From the NCBI RefSeq assembly GCF_000011805.1, contig NC_006841.2: a DNA stretch of 32,000 nucleotides; one strand, 5' to 3'. The notes beneath the pieces were generated by a model. The model made no database searches and had not been told where the DNA came from. It was given only the letters and a program-made list of their open reading frames with translations. Positions 27,193-32,000 of this stretch are shown here, in pieces (the stretch's first letter is position 1; every line of letters starts with the position of its first letter). A program made the position numbers and the translations under genes. Source of the DNA: Aliivibrio fischeri ES114. Lineage in GTDB: Bacteria > Pseudomonadota > Gammaproteobacteria > Enterobacterales > Vibrionaceae.

Positions 27193-27433
27193 TATCTCAT
27201 GGAACTGAAACTGATAAAAAATCTTTTTTAATATTGCATGTAGTTCACTTTATTGCACTGAACTATTATCGCATGCTCCGTTCAGATTAAAACCGTACAA
27301 ATGAATTTAAAAAAACGTAATCTTTAAAATGCTTATGGATTAGTATGAACAATATGAAAAATGAATACTGCAAGTAAAACTGTTTCGGGGTTCCACAAGA
27401 GAACCCCTCAAAAGGTAAACCTAAAGCCGTCAG

Positions 27434-29347
27434 TTAGACTTTAAAAGCACCAACTAATTGATCCAATCGCTGTGAAAGTGCATTCAATTGCTGACTTGAA
27501 TCAGCAAGCTCTTGTGCTGTGGCGGTGGTTAACTCATTAATACCATTAATCTCTTCGATATTTTGGTTAATCGTATAAACCACAGTAGATTGCTCTTCTG
27601 TTGCCGTTGCCACTTGCGTATTCATATCAGAAATATCTGTGATACTTTTTGCAATACCCGCTAACACTTGTGTTGCACTGTCTGCGGATTCAACACCACG
27701 AGCCGTTACACTGTGACTTGCTTCCATCGCATCCACCGCATTTTTCGCTTCGTTTTGCAGTTGATCAATCATCTTCTGGATTTCATCCGTTGATTCTGAT
27801 GTACGGCTTGCTAATTGACGAACTTCATCTGCAACCACAGCAAAACCACGACCATGATCACCAGCACGAGCGGCTTCAATGGCTGCATTTAACGCAAGTA
27901 AATTGGTTTGCTCTGAAATACCACGAATAACGTCAAGGATAGAGCCAATGTCTTGTGTTGTACCCGCTAATTGCTCCACCACATGGCTCACTTGAACTAA
28001 ATCACCTTCAAGTTGGGTAATTGCGTCACGAGAGTCAATCACAGTTTGACGACCATCTTGAGTACTTGCTTCAGCTTTACTTGCTGATTGTGCTGCATTC
28101 GCCGCATTGGATGCAATTTCGTTAATCGTACTACCCATTTGGTTAATAGCCGTTACGACTTGAAGCGTTTGGTCACGCTGCATTTCACTGTTATCACGTG
28201 TTGATGTTGCTTTTAACGCTACATTTTCAGCCGTAGTGTGTAATACATGGCCAGTTTCAACCACTTCAGAAACCGTATTGTGAATTTTCTCGACAAAACT
28301 ATTAAAGCCTTTTGAAAGTTCCGTAATTTCATCATTACCTTTCACTTCGATACGATGCGTTAAGTCACCTTCCCCCTCACCTAGCTCTTTAAAGCGATGT
28401 GCAAGTTCGTTCAGTTTATTAGTGATTGAGCCTGCGCCCCAAATAGCTAAAGAGACAAATACCGCAATAATAACCACAATCCACATAATGATGTCTTGGG
28501 TAGAGGCATGCAAACTTTCAAACACTTCAGAAACCGGTACTTCAGCAACAATAAACCACTCCATTGAAGGAATGTAATGCGAAGCGATAAAGATCTCTTG
28601 GCCACCTTTTTCCATGCGGCTTAGATTGAAGTTTTTCTTTGTCAGTAATACCGATGCTTCAGCAGAACCAACCACATCTTTAATGGTTTGCTTGCCCATA
28701 ATCGCTTTGTTTTTATGGATTTTGATATTACCGTCACCATCCATTAAATAAACAAAACCCGTTTGTTCAATTCTAAATCCATTTAACAAAGCAACCATAT
28801 CATCTAATGATTTAGATAAACCGGCCATTGAAACGCCATTTAGCTGTTGGAAATTAACAAACAGTTTTACTTCACCGTTTTGCTCAGTAAATACATTCAA
28901 CATACGCTCAGGGCCACTTTGTGTGAACCCAAAAAACCAACCGTCTTGTTGTTTGTTTAGTTGACGTAAAAAGCCATCCTGATTCCAATAATTTGCTGTT
29001 TGACGGTTAGCAACGGATGCATCATTCAGATTATGTTGTTGTTTTAGTTTATTTAATTGACCAATAAGAACATTTTGGTCTTCAGGAGAGGTGTAAGAAT
29101 CAGAAATAGCATCGATAATGAAAGGGTTATTAGACATTTGCTCAGCAGCAGCAGAAAGTACTGCCACCTCTTTATCTACTTCTCCACCAATTCGGTCAAG
29201 AATAGTAGGAAGCTCAAGCGTGGTTAGCCTTTCATCTAAAGTTTCATACGCTTTTTTTTGGGCGACAATACCCACAAGAGAAGTTGAAGCAATGATAGCG
29301 ATAACGATACCGGCGACGAGTTTCTGTTTTATTGTTAGATTAATCAT
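27434..29347 (-). CDS. methyl-accepting chemotaxis protein
   Basis: 637 aa; HAMP and MCP signalling hairpin [43 protein letters not shown]. Confidence 0.95.
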   Translation of the reverse strand: MINLTIKQKLVAGIVIAIIASTSLVGIVAQKKAYETLDERLTTLELPTILDRIGGEVDKEVAVLSAAAEQMSNNPFIIDAISDSYTSPEDQNVLIGQLNKLKQQHNLNDASVANRQTANYWNQDGFLRQLNKQQDGWFFGFTQSGPERMLNVFTEQNGEVKLFVNFQQLNGVSMAGLSKSLDDMVALLNGFRIEQTGFVYLMDGDGNIKIHKNKAIMGKQTIKDVVGSAEASVLLTKKNFNLSRMEKGGQEIFIASHYIPSMEWFIVAEVPVSEVFESLHASTQDIIMWIVVIIAVFVSLAIWGAGSITNKLNELAHRFKELGEGEGDLTHRIEVKGNDEITELSKGFNSFVEKIHNTVSEVVETGHVLHTTAENVALKATSTRDNSEMQRDQTLQVVTAINQMGSTINEIASNAANAAQSASKAEASTQDGRQTVIDSRDAITQLEGDLVQVSHVVEQLAGTTQDIGSILDVIRGISEQTNLLALNAAIEAARAGDHGRGFAVVADEVRQLASRTSESTDEIQKMIDQLQNEAKNAVDAMEASHSVTARGVESADSATQVLAGIAKSITDISDMNTQVATATEEQSTVVYTINQNIEEINGINELTTATAQELADSSQQLNALSQRLDQLVGAFKV

Positions 29348-29539
29348 AATTTTTCCACAGCTAAAATAGACCCTTCATATAACGACCGCACATTTCATAA
29401 CTTTAATAAATAATTAGAAAAACATTCATTAATTAAATAGTTGAATAATTTCGAACTAAACCCAATCTTATTAGGAACTAATGTGGCTTTATTGAGTCAC
29501 AGACAATAATTACTAAACAATCCAGACATTGGGTGAACT

Positions 29540-30496
29540 ATGCTAGCGTTAAAAATTCAACAATTACAAACTTACCTTGAATCTCAAGTCATTGGTCAAC
29601 CAGATTTAGTAAAGCAGTTATTAATTGCCCTACTTGCAGATGGTCATATTTTAGTTGAAGGTCCTCCGGGTCTTGCAAAAACGCGTGCAGTTAAAATTTT
29701 GGCAGACTCTATTGAGGGAGATTTCCACCGTATTCAATTCACTCCTGACTTATTGCCATCAGACTTAACCGGTACCGATATTTACCGTCAAGAGACCGGT
29801 GAATTTACGTTCCAACCGGGCCCTATTTTCAACTCATTAGTATTGGCTGATGAAATCAACCGTGCGCCAGCCAAAGTCCAAGCGGCGATGTTAGAAGCCA
29901 TGGCTGAAAAACAAATCACAGCGGGTCGAAATACCTATCAACTGCCTGAGCTATTCTTAGTAATGGCAACGCAAAACCCGATTGAACAAGAAGGGACTTA
30001 CCCACTACCAGAAGCGCAGCTTGACCGTTTCTTAATGCATTTGGATGTGGATTACCCTGGCGCACAAGACGAACTAGCCATTCTGCGTTTAAATCGTGGT
30101 GAAGCCTTGGGTGAGCAAGCACAAAGACCACAACCATTAGCACAAAGTGAGATTTTCAGTGCTCGTAAAGAAGTGTTATCCATTTACATGGCACCTGAAA
30201 TCGAGCAATACATTATTCGTATTACGATGGCGACACGTAAGCCTGCACAATACTGCCAAGAGTTAGCAAACCAACTTGAAATGGGTGTTAGCCCACGTGC
30301 GACATTAGCGTTAGATCGTTGTGCTCGTGCACATGCATGGTTAGCAGGTCGTGATTACGTAAGCCCTGAAGATGTTCAAGCTATGGCTTATCCTGTATTA
30401 CGTCACCGACTGCTATTAAGCTTCCAAGCGCAAGCAGAAGGCACAACGGCAAATAAAGTCATTGAGCGTTTATTACAAATGGTAGCGGCGTCTTAA
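29540..30496 (+). CDS. MoxR family AAA ATPase
   Basis: 318 aa; GHILVEGPPGLAKTRAVKILA Walker A; LVLADEINRAPAKVQAAMLEAMAEKQ. Confidence 0.93.
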   Translation: MLALKIQQLQTYLESQVIGQPDLVKQLLIALLADGHILVEGPPGLAKTRAVKILADSIEGDFHRIQFTPDLLPSDLTGTDIYRQETGEFTFQPGPIFNSLVLADEINRAPAKVQAAMLEAMAEKQITAGRNTYQLPELFLVMATQNPIEQEGTYPLPEAQLDRFLMHLDVDYPGAQDELAILRLNRGEALGEQAQRPQPLAQSEIFSARKEVLSIYMAPEIEQYIIRITMATRKPAQYCQELANQLEMGVSPRATLALDRCARAHAWLAGRDYVSPEDVQAMAYPVLRHRLLLSFQAQAEGTTANKVIERLLQMVAAS

Positions 30497-30544
30497 TTTA
30501 ATCAAGACACATTGCTAAACGTTAATTCGACATAAGCAGATATT

Positions 30545-31504
30545 GTGAAGAAAACAAATACACTAACACTGCCACCACACAGCAATGGCGTTACCTTGTC
30601 ACTTAATGAGTTGGTTCACTATAAGAACCACTCATTACAGTGGTTACCGCCAGCACAATCTGTATGGTCAAAAATGAATGGCAGTCATCAAAGCCGTCAA
30701 AAAGGCCGTGGCATGGATTTTTCTGAAGTACGCCAGTATCAACCGGGGGATGACATTCGCTCTATTGATTGGCGTGTCACTGCACGTACAGGAAAACCAC
30801 ATACCAAGCTCTACAGTGAAGAGCGAGAACAACCAACCATGCTTTTTGTGGATGTCAGTGACACCATGCGTTTTGGTTCACAGCTTCTATTCAAATCCGT
30901 TCAAGCTGCGCATTTTGCCAGTTTGCTAAGTTGGATAACCTTAGCTGAAAAAGATCGCGTTGGTGGGATCATCTTTGATGGTAAATCCACACTCGATTGT
31001 AAGCCCTCTTCTCGTCAGAAAGTGGTCTTACAATTTCTTCAAAAGATCATTGAGCGTCATAACACCACGTCATCAAATACAGAGCAAACGACAACGCAGC
31101 AAACGGATTCTTTTGTTAAAGGGTTACAGCAGTTACAACGTTTGTGTCCAAAAGGCAGTGAAATCGTCATCATCAGTGATTTCTACGCACTTACGGACGA
31201 TTGCAAAGCGATATTCAGTCAATTAAGCAAACACAATCGCATTCAGTTTGTGATGATAAACGATCCATTAGAGCAAGGGGTGACCCGTTTTAATGGCGTA
31301 GAGCATGTGTCTGATAACAAACGTTCAGCATGGTTAGATTTCTCCTCTCTTTCCACTAAAAATGCCTTACAACAACAGGCGAACCTACATAAAGCGTATG
31401 TACAAAACATGGCAATGCAATTGGGCATTCATTTACATACCCTATCGTCAGGTTTTCCTTTATTAAACCAATTAACCACAGCACAGGATAAAGGAAATAA
31501 TTAA
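30545..31504 (+). CDS. DUF58 domain-containing protein
   Basis: 319 aa; GMDFSEVRQYQPGDDIRSIDWRVTARTGKPHTKLYSEEREQPTMLFVD. Confidence 0.93.
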   Translation: MKKTNTLTLPPHSNGVTLSLNELVHYKNHSLQWLPPAQSVWSKMNGSHQSRQKGRGMDFSEVRQYQPGDDIRSIDWRVTARTGKPHTKLYSEEREQPTMLFVDVSDTMRFGSQLLFKSVQAAHFASLLSWITLAEKDRVGGIIFDGKSTLDCKPSSRQKVVLQFLQKIIERHNTTSSNTEQTTTQQTDSFVKGLQQLQRLCPKGSEIVIISDFYALTDDCKAIFSQLSKHNRIQFVMINDPLEQGVTRFNGVEHVSDNKRSAWLDFSSLSTKNALQQQANLHKAYVQNMAMQLGIHLHTLSSGFPLLNQLTTAQDKGNN

Positions 31505-32000
31505 TGTCTTTATCTTCAACAGCAGCGCCAAATGCTGCATCACCGTCCGCCCCATTGCCTTTAGCGGATTTACATTTACCAGAAGCACCAAGCTTCTCGC
31601 TGTCATGGCAAGGTTACGGATTAATTTTTCTTATTATTGCTTGTATTGCTCTTCTTGTTTGGGCTTTTATGGCTTACAGAAAAAAACGACGCCTTCAACG
31701 GGTCGCTTTATCGGAATTAGCGAAATTAAAGCCAGAACAGACTCGTGATGTAGCAAAGCTATTAAAACAAGCTGCATTGAGTCATTTCTCTCGTCAGCAA
31801 ATTGCAGCGCTGCATGGACTCGCTTGGTGGAATTTTATTGAACAAAAGCTTCCGACAAAAAAACAAGCCAATGTTCACTTTGCTACTCGCTCAGAAATGC
31901 TAGAGAAAGCCTTATACGGCAAAGTGCCTTTATCTGAAACCAATCAGAAACGCTTTTATGATGATGTGCGTTACTGGTTGATTCATGCATTGCCTGCAAA
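31504..32000 (+). CDS. DUF4381 domain-containing protein (truncated by window end)
   Basis: Starts at ATG 31504 in a TAATG overlap; MSLSSTAAPNAA...LADLHLPEAPSFSLSWQGYGLIFLIIACIALLVWAF. Confidence 0.85.
   Translation, partial: MSLSSTAAPNAASPSAPLPLADLHLPEAPSFSLSWQGYGLIFLIIACIALLVWAFMAYRKKRRLQRVALSELAKLKPEQTRDVAKLLKQAALSHFSRQQIAALHGLAWWNFIEQKLPTKKQANVHFATRSEMLEKALYGKVPLSETNQKRFYDDVRYWLIHALPA

Noticed and set aside
29540-32000. MoxR-DUF58-DUF4381 cluster as novel system
   Set aside because: This is a common, widely conserved bacterial gene cluster; nothing unusual visible here.

Overview
Bases 1 to about 14,700 are the integrase-proximal end of a Vibrionaceae-type chromosomal (super)integron, probably Aliivibrio-like (genus is inference). 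It contains 19 attC sites (two size classes, ~104 bp and ~122 bp), a first-cassette junction/putative attI near 14723-14729, and a divergent integron integrase gene at 15018-16001 (+). Cassettes are oriented on the minus strand. They encode four GNAT acetyltransferases, a ParE/Phd-type toxin-antitoxin pair, a winged-helix-like + DUF3644/HEPN-like gene pair, a cysteine-peptidase-like protein, a chloramphenicol-phosphotransferase-like kinase, an ASCH protein, a VOC protein and a lipoprotein. Several cassettes stand out: (i) a 2.3-kb cassette with a two-gene operon on the + strand, against the array, whose proteins show a DGQQR-like motif and a HEPN-like RNxxxH motif; (ii) an ORF-poor cassette with two tandem homologous units, each ending on the minus strand in an intrinsic-terminator-like hairpin, so candidate ncRNAs; (iii) three diverged copies of an ORF-less cassette family, all with the short attC class; (iv) two diverged copies of a cassette with a + strand membrane-protein ORF. 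Downstream (16-32 kb) are an HDOD protein, a MenI/YdiI-type thioesterase, a DUF445 protein, a small accessory region (MarR-like regulator, TM+J-domain protein), an SbmA/BacA-like + TonB-receptor gene cluster, a solo CI-like regulator, a methyl-accepting chemotaxis protein and a MoxR-DUF58-DUF4381 cluster truncated by the window end.
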